From: Macrostomum hystrix
Taxonomy: Eukaryota > Animalia > Platyhelminthes
DNA: 64,000 nucleotides
Reading direction: 5' to 3'
Assembly (NCBI GenBank): GCA_950097015.1
Contig: CATNEN010000001.1
Location: 5,022,001-5,086,000, forward strand
How positions within the stretch are numbered: position 1 is the stretch's first letter; each line of letters begins with the position of its first letter. The position numbers and the translations under genes are program-made. The notes beneath the pieces were generated by a model that saw only the letters and a list, made by a program, of their open reading frames with translations, had not been told where the DNA came from and ran no database searches. This document shows, piece after piece, positions 1-14,800 of the stretch.

Positions 1-795
1 GTCTTTGTGCCTGTCTTTGTGCCTTTCTTGTATCTGTCTTTGTGTCTGTATGTGTCTATCTTTGTGCCTGTCTTTGAGTCTGTATGTGTCTGTCTTTGTG
101 CCTGTCTTTGAGTCTGTATGTGTCTATCTTTGTGCCTGTCTTTGAGTCTGTATGTGTCTGTCTTTGTGTCTGTCTTTGTGTCTGTCCTTGTGTCTGTCTT
201 TATGTCTGTCTTTGTGTCTGTCTTTGTGTCTGTATATGTCTGTCTTTGTGTCTGTCTTTGTGTCTATCTTTGTGTCTGTCATTGTGCCTGTCTTTGTGCC
301 TGTCTTTCTGTCTGTCTTCGTGCCTTTCTTTGTGTCTGTTTTTCTGTCTGTTTTTGTGCCTGTCTTTGTTTCTCTCTTTGTCTCTGTCTTTGTGTCTGTC
401 TTTGCGTTTATCTTTGTGTCTTTCTTTGTTGTCTGTCTTTGTGTCTTTCTTTGTTGTCTGTCTTTGTGTCTGTATATGTCTGTCTTTGTGCCTGTCTTTG
501 TATCTGTCTTTGTGTCTGTATATGTCTGTCTTTGTGCCTGTCTTTGTGCCTTTCTTGTGTCTGTCTTTGTGTCTGTATGTGTCTATCTTTGTGCCTGTCT
601 TTGAGTCTGTATGTGTCTGTCTTTGTGCCTGTCTTTGAGTCTGTATGTGTCTATCTTTGTGCCTGTCTTTGAGTCTGTATGTGTCTGTCTTTGTGCCTGT
701 CTTTGAGTCTGTATGTGTCTGTCTTTGTGCCTGTCTTTGAGTCTGTATGTGTCTGTCTTTGTGCCTGTCTTTGAGTCTATCTTCGTGCCCACCTG
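1..795. repeat. Minisatellite, ~12-bp unit TGTGTCTGTCTT
   Basis: Direct inspection; source of the spurious ORFs at 84-792. Confidence 0.9.
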
Positions 796-805
796 TCTGA
801 TTTAA

Positions 806-1146
806 TCATTTCTTGTTCTTGTAGCATTTTTCAAGCACAGCAAGTGCTGTTAAAAACTGTCTTACCGCAGCAGAGAACGTCTTTGGTCTTCGACAGTACT
901 CTTTTAGAATATCGTCATTATCAGCCGCAGAAACTTCTAAAGAGTAATAATTTGTCTTGTAAATTCTTCTCGGCATTCGCATTGAAAAGTCCCATGGATA
1001 TCTTGTGCCAGATGTATCGTTGATGAGAAATAACACACCTGTGTTGACGCCAAGACGCTTGTATTGCTCCATGCCAGTGAAAAAAAATACAATACGCCTG
1101 TTGTCCACCGCCGATTGAAAGCCGTAAATGTTAACCTCTCCGGCTC
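806..1146 (-). CDS. Possible terminal coding exon of an unidentified gene
   Basis: Non-repetitive open frame of ~113 codons between two arrays (AGEVNIYGFQSAVDNRRIVFFFTG...KNKK*), with a possible TAG acceptor at 1147-1149. No family recognised. Confidence 0.3.
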
Positions 1147-1239
1147 CTAGACAATGAAGTCCATAGTAAATAGGCTTTTAGCTTTAGTTCCTCAAAGCAA
1201 TTCTACCTACGATTCTTAGGGCCGACTATCGCTATCATG

Positions 1240-1975
1240 CTTCGTTCGATTCTAGCTTGTTTCTTCGTGCGATTCTAGCTTGGTTCTTCGTGCGATTCTA
1301 GCTTGTTTCTTCGTGCGATTCTAGCTTGTTTCTTCGTTCGATTCTAGCTTGTTTCTTCGTGCGATTCTAGCTTGTTTCTTCGTGCGATTCTAGCTTGTTT
1401 TTTCGTGCGATTCTAGCTTGTTTCTTCGTGCGATTCTAGCTTGTTTCTTCGTGCGATTCTAGCTTGTTTCTTCGTGCGATTCTAGCTTGTTTCTTCGTGC
1501 GATTCTAGCTTGGTTCTTCGTGCGATTCTAGCTTGTTTCTTCGTGCGATTCTAGCTTGTTTCTTCGTTCGATTCTAGCTTGTTTCTTCGTGCGATTCTAG
1601 CTTGGTTTTTCGTGCGATTCTAGCTTGTTTCTTCGTGCGATTCTAGCTTGTTTCTTCGTGCGATTCTAGCTTGTTTCTTCGTGCGATTCTAGCTTGGTTC
1701 TTCGTGCGATTCTAGCTTGTTTCTTCGTGCGATTCTAGCTTGTTTCTTCGTTCGATTCTAGCTTGTTTCTTCGTGCGATTCTAGCTTGTTTCTTCGTTCG
1801 ATTCTAGCTTGTTTCTTCGTGCGATTCTAGCTTGTTTCCTGTTGCGATTCTAGCTTGGTTCTTCGTGCGATTCTAGCTTGTTTCTTCGTGCGATTCTAGC
1901 TTTTTTTTCGTTCGATTCTACTATGATTCTTCGTGTGATTCTAGCTTGTTTTTTCGTGCGATTCTGCCTATGCTT
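1240..1975. repeat. Minisatellite, 23-bp unit TTCTTCGTGCGATTCTAGCTTGT
   Basis: Direct inspection. Confidence 0.95.
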
Positions 1976-3819
1976 CTTGGTTCTATGATTGCTCTTGCTT
2001 TCGAACGTGCAACCTTAAAAGCTACTATGCTATTGTTTCTAACGTCGTTTACAAATAGAAATTCTTGTATAGCAACTACACAAGGTTGATTGCTAGGCTG
2101 ATATAGACTTACCTGCTTCTGAAGCTAAATTCAGTTTTGCAATTATGGTTAATAGAAGAATTAGAAAACTCAGCAGATATTTTGCTGATTCCATGATTGG
2201 ATGATTGTACGATAGATTTCCAGTTGCTGCTTGCTTAATTGGTGTCACGCTATGTTTTGACAATCGTGCCAAATATACAATTTTCAATCCAGTTATTTTC
2301 CCTGCCCTCTCTTCACTTCCTTGTTATCACTCGTTAGATCCTTGATGTTCTGTTTATCTGAGAAGCAGTTATTTTTTACACAAAATGCCAAAGCTATAAA
2401 TAAGTTTCAAACCTTGAGAAAGAGCAAATATACTCCCACGTGAAAAATCTCGTCCATACGCTTGTATTTGCTATTTTGCATTGTCTCTGTTGCGTTCTGT
2501 CATACTCATGCTCCGTTAACATTTGAGCACTCTTGAGGCGGTCAAAATGCTATTTAAACTTGCACACGTTTATCCGAGTCTGCGCATGAGTCACAATAAC
2601 GCCCTTATATGATATATTAATATTAATTAACAACACCCTTGTTAGCATTTTATGGGGCTTTACTAACAGGGAAGTGATAGTATAAGGTAATTCCGAGATT
2701 TTTATAGAATTTTTTATTAGGGCAGGCAAGTCTCACTTATAACATTATCTAAAAAGCGTAGTAAGTTAAATTATACATCGAGCAGTTAAATTCCGAATGA
2801 AACCACGGAAGTATTTAAACAAAAATTTGTGCCTATTGTGACACAGAAAGAGTTCAAAGGGTCAAGTAATTGGGAAATTTCTGATGCAGATTGTTAAATA
2901 ATGGCTCTGTGACTAAACTGTCATAACACATTGTGCTCAATCAGGTGCTCAATCAATGACTAAGCAAGCATCTATAGAGCATATATGCTCTCTGCCTGTG
3001 CCTAGACGATGTTTTACACTCACATGAAAGTATAAACATCGACTGAATGCTTATACATATAAATTACTACATCAGCTACCTTAAGTAGCGTATATAGTTC
3101 ATTATAATCAAGAAAACATTATTATTATTATATTCATTCAGGCAATTCTGGTATCGTTTTAGTTCTAATCATTAATCCTAAGCAAAATATGTATATATTT
3201 GTTGGTTAGCATCTCAAAAAAACTAAAAAAGATTTCTTCGGACATAATTGAAAATTATAAATTGTAAAGTGTCAAGAAATCTTTACTACGGAGGTATCTG
3301 ATAGGCTGGCTCTAACAACATACGCCAAGGGGTCGAAAAAGCTAGTCTACTATACTAAAAGTACTATACTAAATTTTCAGAGAACTATGATTTTAAATAA
3401 GCATCGAAATCCTTTACAGAGGTGCGTTTTGCTAAAAGTGGCTAGAGTTATATTACAATGGCAAGGCACTGATAAAAACAAAGATAAGAAATATATAAAA
3501 ATCATCAAACTGAAACACGTGCCATAAGACCATGCCAACGAATTCACGTTGCTTCTGCTTGCTGACTCTGCACAATTGCTCATTACAGATAGACTATCGA
3601 TTTTAAATATTTTACAAGAGAAATCGTTTTTGATTACGTTAAGAAGGGTGCATTGACTCCAAACTTTTCATCATATATATACTTTTATGAGCTCTTTACT
3701 GAGGCTTAAATGCAGCAAAAATACATTGTGCGGGTGACAATATTAAAACCTCTATTAATTTATAAGTCATTAAACCTGTGTTTCTTGCATACAGTCTTTA
3801 GTTGAACGAAGCTTTTCAA

Positions 3820-3951
3820 TCATAATTGCACTGGGTAAACAATCTTGTCTTTGCTACTACTAGACACTGAAATCTGCTGCTGCTGTTGCTGCTGAGGCGG
3901 CAGAGTCATTGGAGTCGCATGCAAACTGGTGCTATAGAAGCGAAAAGGCGA

Positions 3952-3993
<42 letters not shown>

Positions 3994-6900
3994 ATGCTGC
4001 TGCTGCTGCTGCTGTTGTTGTTGCAGCTGTTGATAATAGTGGTGATAGTGCTGGTGCTGATGGTGATGCTGCTGCTGCTGCTGCTGATAACTCCGCGCAC
4101 TTTTAGCGCTCCTAGAACTGCTCGGCGTCAGGCAGGCGGCGCCGTGCGGCGAAGAAAAACCACCTGTGTGGCTCGCCGGATGGTGCTGCGAGTGCTGCAT
4201 CATCAGCAGCTGGTAATAGGTCGGCTGCTGACCTGCGACAAGCCTGCCAGAAGGGGAAAAGGGCTGCTGCTGCGGCTGCTGCTGCTGCTGCTGAGGGACA
4301 GGTGGAGGCGACGATTGTTGCTGTTGAAAGCTCAGACTAGACAATGAGGAACCATTGCCACTGAGATGCTGCTGCTGCTGCTGCTGCTGTTGCTGATAGG
4401 GCCTCCTGACTGTAGCCGGACTGTGTAACAGAAGCAGATTCGTCACCAACTCCTGCTGCTCCTGTTGATTTTGCTGCTGCTGCTGCTGATGTCGATAAAG
4501 AGAGATGGGCGTCGACGGAGCTGAAGACGATCTGCAGCGACAGGCAGCAGCGAATTGACCGGTCAGGCAGCGGTAGCAGCAGCAGGCGACGCCGAGCAGA
4601 CACGCCATGCCGGCGGTCACCGCGGCGACGCCGATGGCCACTGAGGCGGCGATGCCGAAGCTGGCCAGCAGTCGCGACACCAGGCCGCTGTTTTGGCCGT
4701 TGAAATCGCCGCCAGTGGAATCGAAGCTACCGGCGCTGCGGTCGTCTCCTCCGGCTGGTTTTTTGGGCAGATTCCAGAGAGGGAAATATTATTACTTATA
4801 AATTCGAAATTCGTTATTCTAAGCTCTTGGCAAATCCGCAGTTAGAAATCTTATAGAAAACCATGATCATAACTTATAGAAAATCCGGATATCTAACGAT
4901 TTTTAGGTTAGATTTTAGAATTAAGTAAATTCTTACTGGAACTAATCTATTTAGATATATATATATTGGTTTGGAAAAGTTTAAATGAAATCTAAAATAA
5001 ATTTCTTTGAAATCTCTGGGAAACTCCAGGAAAATTCTATGGAAACTCCAGGGAAATCCCAGGGAAACTCCAGGGAAATCCCAGGGAAACTCCTGGGGAA
5101 ATCCCACAGAAACTCCAGGGAAATTCCAGGGAAGTAAGCGCATAATGAAATTCCACGTAAAATTAAAAATAATTTTTTTGGAAATTTAAATTAAATTAAC
5201 AGTACTGGAGCTAAATCCCTATACTAAAATTCAAAACTATCTATATATATACATATTTATTCTATACTAAAAACCTACAAAAACTATAAAGATCAGAGGA
5301 AATCTCTCTTTTGAGTTTGCAAAGATGTCAGCTGGTACTAACCTTCCTGACGTCGCAGCCGGCACAGCTCGGTTTGTTCATCTGAACCGTTCGGACAATG
5401 AACAACGCCATCGCAGAGGGCGTCACGAGGTAGGCACCAGCTAGCCAGGGGGCCACTTGATGACGTCATCGTTAGAGTCTTGCCTGTAGCAACCGATTCG
5501 ACTTGTCGACTGACCCTGGCCGGCTGGCGAACGGTTGTCATTGGCGCGGCTGGTCGAAATTGGCAGAGTCGCAGCCGAGACTCGTACTGGCTAGTTTTGC
5601 TTCCAGATAGCGTTGCTGGGCTGTTGTCAACGTTGACAGGTGTCGCCTTGGAAGCTGGCAGACACGCCGGACTGCTGCCTCGTCGGGTTGGTGACGTAAC
5701 CGAGGCGGCTGTTAAACGAAATCCGGCGCTAGGATCCTGCAGCATCACCGGGGATAACTTGTCCGGCTTGGAACTGTGGGAAATGGAGGACGACAAAGTT
5801 TGGGGGAGTTTTTTTATAGAAGGGAGGATTTAAAGCTTGAATCTCTACACATTTACGAGCGTAGTTATTCTGAGGATTATCTGGATAGTCTAGGGATAGT
5901 CTAGGGATTATCTGGCTAGTATAGGGATTATCTGGCTAGTCTAGGGATTATCTGGATAGTCTAGGGATTTTTTGGCTAGTCTAGGGATTATCTGGCTATT
6001 CTAGGGATTATCTGGCTGGTCTAGGGATTATCTGGATTATGTAGGAATTATCTGGATAGTCTAGGAATTATCTGGATAGTCTAGGAATTATCTGGATAGT
6101 CTAGGGATTATATGGATTGTCTAGGGATTATCTGGATAGTCTAGGGATTATCTGGATAGTCTAGGGATTATCTGGATAGTCTAGGGATTATCTGGATAGT
6201 CTAGGGATTATCTGGATAGTCTAGGGATTATCTGGATAGTCTAGGGATTATCTGGATAGTCTAGGGATTATCTGGATAGTCTAGGGATTATCTGGATAGT
6301 CTAGGGATTATCTGGATAGTCTAGGGATTACCTGGATAAACCGGGGATTTTATATATCATGTTGAGTTGCAGAAAAATGACTTTAAAAATGTCTAAATAT
6401 TTTCACTAGCATATTTAGAAATTACTATTTTAGCTCGTTTTTTTTCTGTTAGTCAATATTTTTTCATAGATAAACCTTCCTTGCTACTTATAGCTAGTGG
6501 TGTGAGTATACTATTTTTAACTTTCGCAATTTTTGTCAGATATTTCGTTTAGTAAATTCTCTGTTGCAATGCTAAAAATGCTAAAATGGCATCCTTAATC
6601 CTTGGCGCACTAAAAAATTGTCTGTTTTCAGAATGTTTGAAAATTTGATATTTCAAATACGAAATTTGTGCACTGAAAAATAATATTATTATAATTTAGT
6701 TACTAGGCCAATATTAGTCTAATTTTTTCTAGTTTCATCGCGTTGCTCGTGTGACTGCCAGAGTTTGATTGCGGTGGGATTAGCGCTTTTATGGGAATCT
6801 ACGAAAGAGAAGAAATTCGGATTGGGGACTTAGCAGATTGATAAGTTGCTGCGCATTTAGCAACTTGAGTTTCTGTCATCTCCTGCTATCGACAATGTCA

Positions 6901-8768
6901 TGCGCGCCGCTTTCCAGAACTTGGCTTAATCTACAACACATGGCAGTTACTTCTAATCTCCACTTCTCTCTCCCCCCTCCGTCATTTCCCTCACTCTCTC
7001 CCTCACTCTCTCCCTCACACTCTCCCTCAGACTCTCCCTCACACTCTGCCTCACACTCTCCCTCACACTCGCCCTCACTCTCTCCCTCACACTCTCCCTC
7101 ACTCTCTCCCTCACACTCTCCCTCACTCTCTCCCTCACACTCTCCCTCACACTCTGCCTCACACTCTCCCTCACTCTCTCCCTCACACTCGCCCTCACTC
7201 TCTCCCTCACACTCTCCCTCACACTCTCCCTCACACTCTCCCTCACACTCTGCCTCACACTCTCCCTCACTCTCTCCCTCACACTCGCCCTCACTCTCTC
7301 CCTCACACTCTCCCTCACTCTCTCCCTCACACTCTCCCTCACTCTCTCCCTCACACTCTCCCTCACACTCTCCCTCACACTCTGCCTCACACTCTCCCTC
7401 ACTCTCTCCCTCACACTCGCCCTCACTCTCTCCCTCACACTCTCCCTCACTCTCTCCCTCACACTCTCCCTCACACTCTGCCTCACACTCTGCCTCACTC
7501 TCTCCCTCACACTCGCCCTCACTCTCTCCCTCACACTCTCCCTCACTCTCTCTCTCACACTCTCTCCCTCACACTCTCCCTCAACTCTTTAATTCACACT
7601 CTCCCTCACTCTCTCCCTCGCTCTCTCCCTCACTCTCTTTCTCACTCTCAAAACAGCTTTTTCTTCTCTTTTTTCTGACCGCCTTTTCTTCATTATTCGA
7701 AAAAAAAGTCTGACTGTTACCCACTTTTATCAGAAAACATATTTCCATTTCTTACTTCCATGGTCATACCTACAGTTACTTAATATTTCGCTCTCCTGCT
7801 GTAGATGATTTCTTAAAGCTTTCTTCTTCAAAACAGTTCAGCAACTTAGTCAGTTAAAACTTGCATGTTAGTTTATTTGCTTAGAGAACTCCTATTTATT
7901 TCTCTGCTTTCATAGAGCCCAAAGTATTCCAAAGACTTAATTCTATCGTCAAGCAACAGCTGGCTTAGAACTTGTGACAAGAGATTTTTGAAGCCGATAA
8001 GTTCGGTCTATTTGTGCGCTGACTTTGTTATTGATCAATGCATATTTTATTATCAAATACTGTCATAATGTGTACTTTTAATTTCTGTCTCGCTGTTATT
8101 TGTTATAGAATAAGTTAACGTTAATTTCTAACGGATAATTAAAACACAATTCTCGATTGCTGAAGCCAGTAATTGTTTTGTTTCTATATTTAGAAAACCG
8201 GAAAACCCATGTCTCATCACGTGACTTATCTAAGCCATTTTTCAGATGCCATAAATCGATTACGGTGACAGAGTTATTCTATATTTAGAAAATCGGGAGA
8301 CCCCCAATTTAATCACGTGACTGATCGAAGCAAGATAAGGTCTAAGTAAGTTAAGATAGGCAATAGAAAAGGTTCTATTTTTAGAAAATCTCGTGTAATA
8401 AGCGTCACTCTCAGTATGGCTCAAAATTATCACCTGACCTAACGCAGTCAATCAAATCTCTAGGACTATTTTTACTGAATCCTATTTCTTTGCCTCGAAA
8501 AAGTTTTGTTAGCGAATGCTAAATTATCTAACAAAGAACTTGATGACCAAATTTTAATCCGCTAAAATAATTCTTCTGGAATAATGGCCTAAGAGAAATG
8601 AACCAAAAAAGTGTTTGATGTCTTCTTATTAGAAGCTTTATCCTAATCCCTTGTTGCTTGTAACGAGGCAATATATTATAATTTAGTTGGAGTTTATAGG
8701 GCCTATTATCTATGAGATCTACGAGCCGTAACATTGTTGTGCTACTCATGTTGTCATCAAGCATCATG

Positions 8769-8854
<86 letters not shown>

Positions 8855-11800
8855 CAGCAAGCAAAAGCTATATTGAACCAGAATTTCAACCCTACAATGT
8901 GTGTATAGGTCTATTTTTAGAAGCATAGCCTTGAGGAGATACTGTCAGTTTGAAGGGAGTCTATTACGTAATCAGTATTGGCCAACTCATGCCCACCATT
9001 CACACTGGGTGATGAGCAGTCGATGCCTTACTCGCAACTCAAAAGTCTTGTCAGTCTAATTTTTTTTGTCATTTTTCTCCTAGTTTAGATGCAGGCAGGA
9101 AGAATTTCTGAAACAATTGTGAGAAAAAGCAGGGTAACACTTTTTTGGTTTTACATCCCAGCAGTCTACACATTTAGATATTTTTGCTATGAAGGGCATT
9201 CACTAATCTGAAAGACTTACTCGCAATGGATGAAAGTTATCGACATTAATTTCTGCTTCTAAGCAAAGAAATTTACAATTTTAGACTGTTCTGTTTTTTG
9301 AAAAAAAAAATGACCAGCTTGATAATCACAATATTTTTTCCATTTGAATTGGCACGATAGTTAAAAGCCTGCTGTTTTACTGATCTGCATGCATTTCACC
9401 AAATGTTACTAGGGTTATACTGAAATTTGATCCGAAATCTCTCGTCTCTCATCTCTCCTATGTCTCATCTACCGTGTCTCATCTCTCCCGTGTCTCATCT
9501 CTCCCCCGTCTCATCTCTTCCCTGTCTCATCTCTCCTGTGCCTCATCTCTCCACTGTCTCATATCTCTCCTTTCTCATCTCTCCCCTGTCTCATCTCCCG
9601 TATCTCATCTCTCCCCTGTCTCATCTTTCACATGTCTCATCTCTCCCGTGTCTCATCTCTCCCGTGTCTCATCTCTCCCGTGTCTCATCTCTCCCCCGTC
9701 TCATCTCTCCCCCGTCTCATCTCTTCTGTGTCTCATCTCTCCACTGTCTTATCTCTCCCCTGTCTCATCTCTCCCGTGTCTCATCTCCCGTGTCTCATCT
9801 CTCCCGTGTCTCATCTCCCGTGTCTCATCTCTCCCGTATCTCATCTCTCCCGTGTCTCATCTCTCCCGTGTCTCATCTCTCCCGTGTCTCATCTCTCCCG
9901 TGTCTCATCTCTCCCGTGTCTCAACTCTCCCGTGTCTCATCAACCGTGTCTCATCTCTCCCGTGTCTCATCTCTCCCGTGTCTCATCTCTCCCGTGTCTC
10001 ATCTCTCCCGTGTCTCATCTCTCCCGTGTCTCATCTCTCCCGTGTCTCATCTCTCCCGTGTCTCATCTCTCCCGTGTCTCATCTCTCCCGTGTCTCATCT
10101 CTCCCGTGTCTCAACTCTCCCGTGTCTCATCAACCGTGTCTCATCTCTCCCGTGTCTCATCTCTCCCGTGTCTCATCTCTCCCGTGTCTCATCTCTCCCG
10201 TGTCTCATCTCTCCCGTGTCTCATCTCTCCCGTGTCTCATCTCTCCCGTGTCTCATCTCTCCCGTGTCTCATCTCCCGTGTCTCATCTCTCCCGTGGATC
10301 ATCTCCCGTGTCTCATCTCTCCCGTGTCTCATCTCTCCCGTGTCTCATCTCTCCCGTGTCTCATCTCTCCCGTGTCTCATCTCTCCCGTGTCTCATCTCT
10401 CCCGTGTCTCAACTCTCCCGTGTCTCATCAACCGTGTCTCATCTCTCCCGTGTCTCATCTCTCCCGTGTCTCATCTCTCCCGTGTCTCATCTCTCCCGTG
10501 TCTCATCTCTCCCGTGTCTCATCTCTCCCGTGTCTCATCAACCGTGTCTCATCTCTCCCGTGTCTCATCTCTCCCGTGTCTCATCTCCCGTGTCTCATCT
10601 CTCCCGTGTCTCATCTCTCCCGTGTCTCATCTCTCCCGTGTCTCATCAACCGTGTCTCATCTCTCCCGTGTCTCATCTCTCCCGTGTCTCATCTCTCCCG
10701 TGTCTCATCTCTCCCGTGTCTCATCAACCGTGTCTCATCTCTCCCGTGTCTCATCTCTCCCGTGTCTCATCTCTCCCGTGTCTCATCTCTCCCGTGTCTC
10801 ATCCACCGTGTCTCATCTCTCCCGTGTCTCATCCACCGTGTCTCATCTCTCCCGTGTCTCATCCACCGTGTCTCATCTCTCCCGTGTCTCATCTCTCCCG
10901 TGTCTCATCTCTCCCGTGTCTCATCTCTCCTGTGTCTCATCTCTCCTGTGTCTCATCTCTCCCGTGTCTCATCTCTCCCGTGTCTCATCTCTCCCGTGTC
11001 TCATCAACCGTGTCTCATCTCTCCCGTGTCTCATCAACCGTGTCTCATCTCTCCCGTGTCTCATCTCTCCCGTGTCCCATCTCTCCCGTGTCTCATCTCT
11101 CCCGTGTCTCATCTCTCCCGTGTCTCATTTCTCCCGTGTCTCATCAACCGTGTCTCATCTCTCCCGTGTCTCATCAACCGTGTCTCATCTCTCCCGTGTC
11201 TCATCTCTCCCGTGTCTCATCTCTCCCGTGTCTCATCTCTCCCGTGTCTCATCTCTCCCGTGTCTCATCAACCGTGTCTCATCTCTCCCGTGTCTCATCT
11301 CTCCCGTGTCTCATCAACCGTTTCTCATCTCTCCCGTGTCTCATCAACCGTTTCTCATCTCTCCCGTGTCTCATCCCTCCCGTGTCTCATCTCTCCCGTG
11401 TCTCATCTCTCCCGTGTCTCATCCACCGTGTCTCATGCATAGAGCAACTTTTTTGTAAAACAATTGCCGAAAGTAAAAAAAAAATTCTTTAGCAAAACAA
11501 ATTTTCTCTTCATATGACGGGCAGCTTGTTTTAAAAAAGCTAACTTACAAAGTCAGTCGAGTTTTCGACGCAATGATTGACAGATTCATTTTCTAGGCAC
11601 TCGCTAGTAGAGGATAAGAAAGTGAAATTTAGCACATTCCGATGATGTGTTGAAGGCTAGTTTGGGATCTGGGAATGCCGAGCAGATTGGGCCAGTTTGG
11701 ATAAATGAATTTTTCTCTTGAAATCAATCTGGTACGAATTACTTTGTACGCTTGCATTAAAGAATGGAATTTACAAAAGTGTAGAATATGCTTTTAGTTT

Positions 11801-14800
11801 GGAGTTATTGCTAGATAGAAAGAAGATATCAGGGAGTGGAGAAGGAAGGGAGAGGCGAATGTAAGGGTATAAAGAAAAACATACGAGTACTAGAGAAAAA
11901 TTTAGAGTACGAAACGCAAATGTTGAAAAATCGGGGGTAGAGGAATCGGGGGGTAGAGAAATCGGGGGTAGAGGAATCGGGGGTAGAGGAATCGGGGGTA
12001 GAGGAATCGGGGGTAGAGGAATCGGGGGGTAGAGAAATCGGGGGTAGAGGAATCGGGGGGTAGAGAAATCGGGGGTAGAGGAATCGGGGGGTAGAGAAAT
12101 CGGTGGGTAGAAGAATTGGGGGTAGAGAAATCGGGGGTAGAGGAATCGACGGGGTAAAGAAATTGGGGGTAGAGAAATCGGGGGTAAGAGGATCGGGGGG
12201 TAGAGGAATCGGGGTAGATGAATCGGGGTAGAGAAGAGAGTGAAAGAGAGATAAGACTCAGTCAAAAGTAGAGAGGAAAATAGTTAAATGTCTTGCTAAC
12301 ATTGTCCCTGTGGAGTCTGGAATCGAACTCCAAACCTTCAGGTTTAACACTTCATTCAATAGTCACCTAATCCTTTGATCTGTGATTGACATGACTTGAT
12401 TGTATCTGTTAATGAATCATAATATTTTTACAATTATCTATTCCTGAATATTAGTTATCGTTTATTGTAATGATGTCACTAAATATCATAGAAAACCAAT
12501 CTTAATCGTCAGAACTTTTAAAGAACAAAAGCTTTGTTATGTGTCAATATTTCTCCCGTTGGGTAAAGAAAGTCATATTGAAAAGTGCTTTGTCAACCTC
12601 CTAGATGAAGTTAAACTATTGGATCAATTAGTCATTGTTGCGTATGAAAACTAGAAAAATATTTTTTCTTTGTGTCTTCTTTCGAATGATGAACTGACTT
12701 AATCGTGACATTAAGGCTGCAATTCGTCCTACACCACGGTTAAGCCTTGTCATTGCTGGACTTTTCTACTATATTAATATTAATTATATTGCGTTGTTCT
12801 ACGGTTGCATTGATACGTATAATACAATGAGAGTTAGGGAGAGGGAATGAGAGTTAAGGAGAGGGACTGATAGTTAAGGAGAGGGAATGAGAGTTAAGGA
12901 GATAGAATGAGAGTTAATGAGAGGGAATGAGAGTTAAGGAGAGGGAATGAGAGTTAAGGAGAGGGACTGAGAGTTAAGGAGAGGGATAGAGAGTTAAGGA
13001 GAGGAAATAAGAGTTAAGGAGAGGGAATGAAAGTTAAGGAGAGGAAATGAGAGTTAAGGAGAGGAAATAAGAGTTAAGGAGAGGGAATGAGAGTTAAGGA
13101 GAGGGATAGAGAGTTAAGGAGAGGGATAGAGAGTTAAGGAGAGGAAATAAGAGTTAAGGAGAGGAAATGAGAGTTAAGGAGAGGGACTGAGAGTTAAGGA
13201 GAGGGATAGAGAGTTAAGGAGAGGAAATAAGAGTTAAGGAGAGGGAATGAAAGTTAAGGAGAGGAAATGAGAGTTAAGGAGATAGAATGAGAGTTAATGA
13301 GAGGGAATGAGAGTTAAGGAGAGGAAATGAGAGTTAATCAGAGGGAATGAGAGTTAAGGAGAGGGACTGAGAGTTATGGAGAGGGAATGCGAGTTAAGGA
13401 GAGGGAATGAAAGTTAAGGAGAGGGATTGAGAGTTAAGGAGAGGGAATGAGAGTTAATGAGAGGGAATGAGAGACTGTGAAGGAAGATAGGAGAGATAGC
13501 GAAAGAGCAAGGGAAAAAATTAATAAAAGGCGGTTAAAATATTATCCCAAGTTCAATTGGATTATTCAATCCTAAAAAACAAATCCAGGTATTTAGAAAG
13601 ATCCGAGTGAATTTGGTTCATAAATTTTAACTGCGTTGTTTAGTTTTTTGATACAGTAAATTACCTTAAATCAACAGAAACGTAGGTATAGTGCTCTTCT
13701 TAGATCCGATCTAAATTGGTTTAGGTTTAATCTGCGCAACAGATATTTTATTTCGCGATCTAAATCTTGATTTTCTTAGTATTTAAAACAAAAGAATCAT
13801 AATTATTTATTTTCTAAACATTGATCTAAAGACGCGCCTCGTTCGTTTTATTATTATTAATCCCAAAATAAATGTTCCCCTGTCTCTCACTCTTCGCCTC
13901 ATAGTTTCTTTTCAGTTTTTCAGCTCTTATCTCACCCTTCAAGAACCATTTATCTCACCCTTTAAGTACATTTATCTCACCCTTCAAGTACCATTTATCT
14001 CACCCTTCAAGAACCATTTATGTCACCCTTCAAGTACCATCTATCTCACCCTTCAGGTACCAATTATCTCACCCTTCAAGAACCATTTATCTCACCCTTC
14101 AAGTACCAATTATCTCACCCTTCAAGAACCATTTATCTCACCCTTCAAGAACCATTTATCTCACCCTTCAAGTACCCTTTATCTCACCCTTCAAGTACCA
14201 ATTATCTCACCCTTTAAGTACCATTTATCTCACCCTTCAAGTACCCATTATCTCACCCTTCAAGTACCATTTATCTCACCCTTCAAGTACCAATTATCTC
14301 ACCCTTCAAGTACCATTTATCTCACCCTTCAAGTACCAATTATCTCACCTTTTATCGCGTCGCAAATCTGGCCTTGATCTAAATTTCGCTCTGAAGTAAA
14401 ACAAAAAAACTAAAAATAGGATCTAGCATTCTCTATCTAAAATTTTCTCTATCTCAAATAATCTGTATCACTTTAAAGTTGAGCTTTGTAACTAACGCTA
14501 CAATTTCATCATTAGGCCAAACTAGACGAAATCCTTTGGACTATCGACTTTGTTGTAAACTGAGACTGGCCAATGGTAAAAAATAGGTTTACTTCTATCT
14601 ATAATGATTCGAGAATCGATTCAATCCTTGCGCAGAATGACTTTTCCATGTGACCTGAGTACAGGAGGCTGGAGCTAACTGATGCGGCGCTTGGATGGCA
14701 CAGAGGTGAAAGTTTGAGTTCAGGTCAAGTAATGAAGAGTTTTATGACAAGTGTCATTTAATTCAGGTCATGAGTGCAGGGACTTTTGATTGAAACTTCA

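Noticed and set aside
8528-8926. Poly-Leu ORF over (CAG)27 as an extra exon of the CUB gene
   Set aside because: The flanking exons already join in phase to complete the CUB domain, and there is no protein-like sequence around the repeat.
9427-11492. 600-670-aa ORFs in three frames, and similar ORFs at 84-672, 6838-7713, 16206-17149, 32087-33766, 40276-41283, 46480-47202, 56475-57299 and 59767-63244
   Set aside because: They are translations of stop-free minisatellite units, open in several frames and located in introns or spacers.
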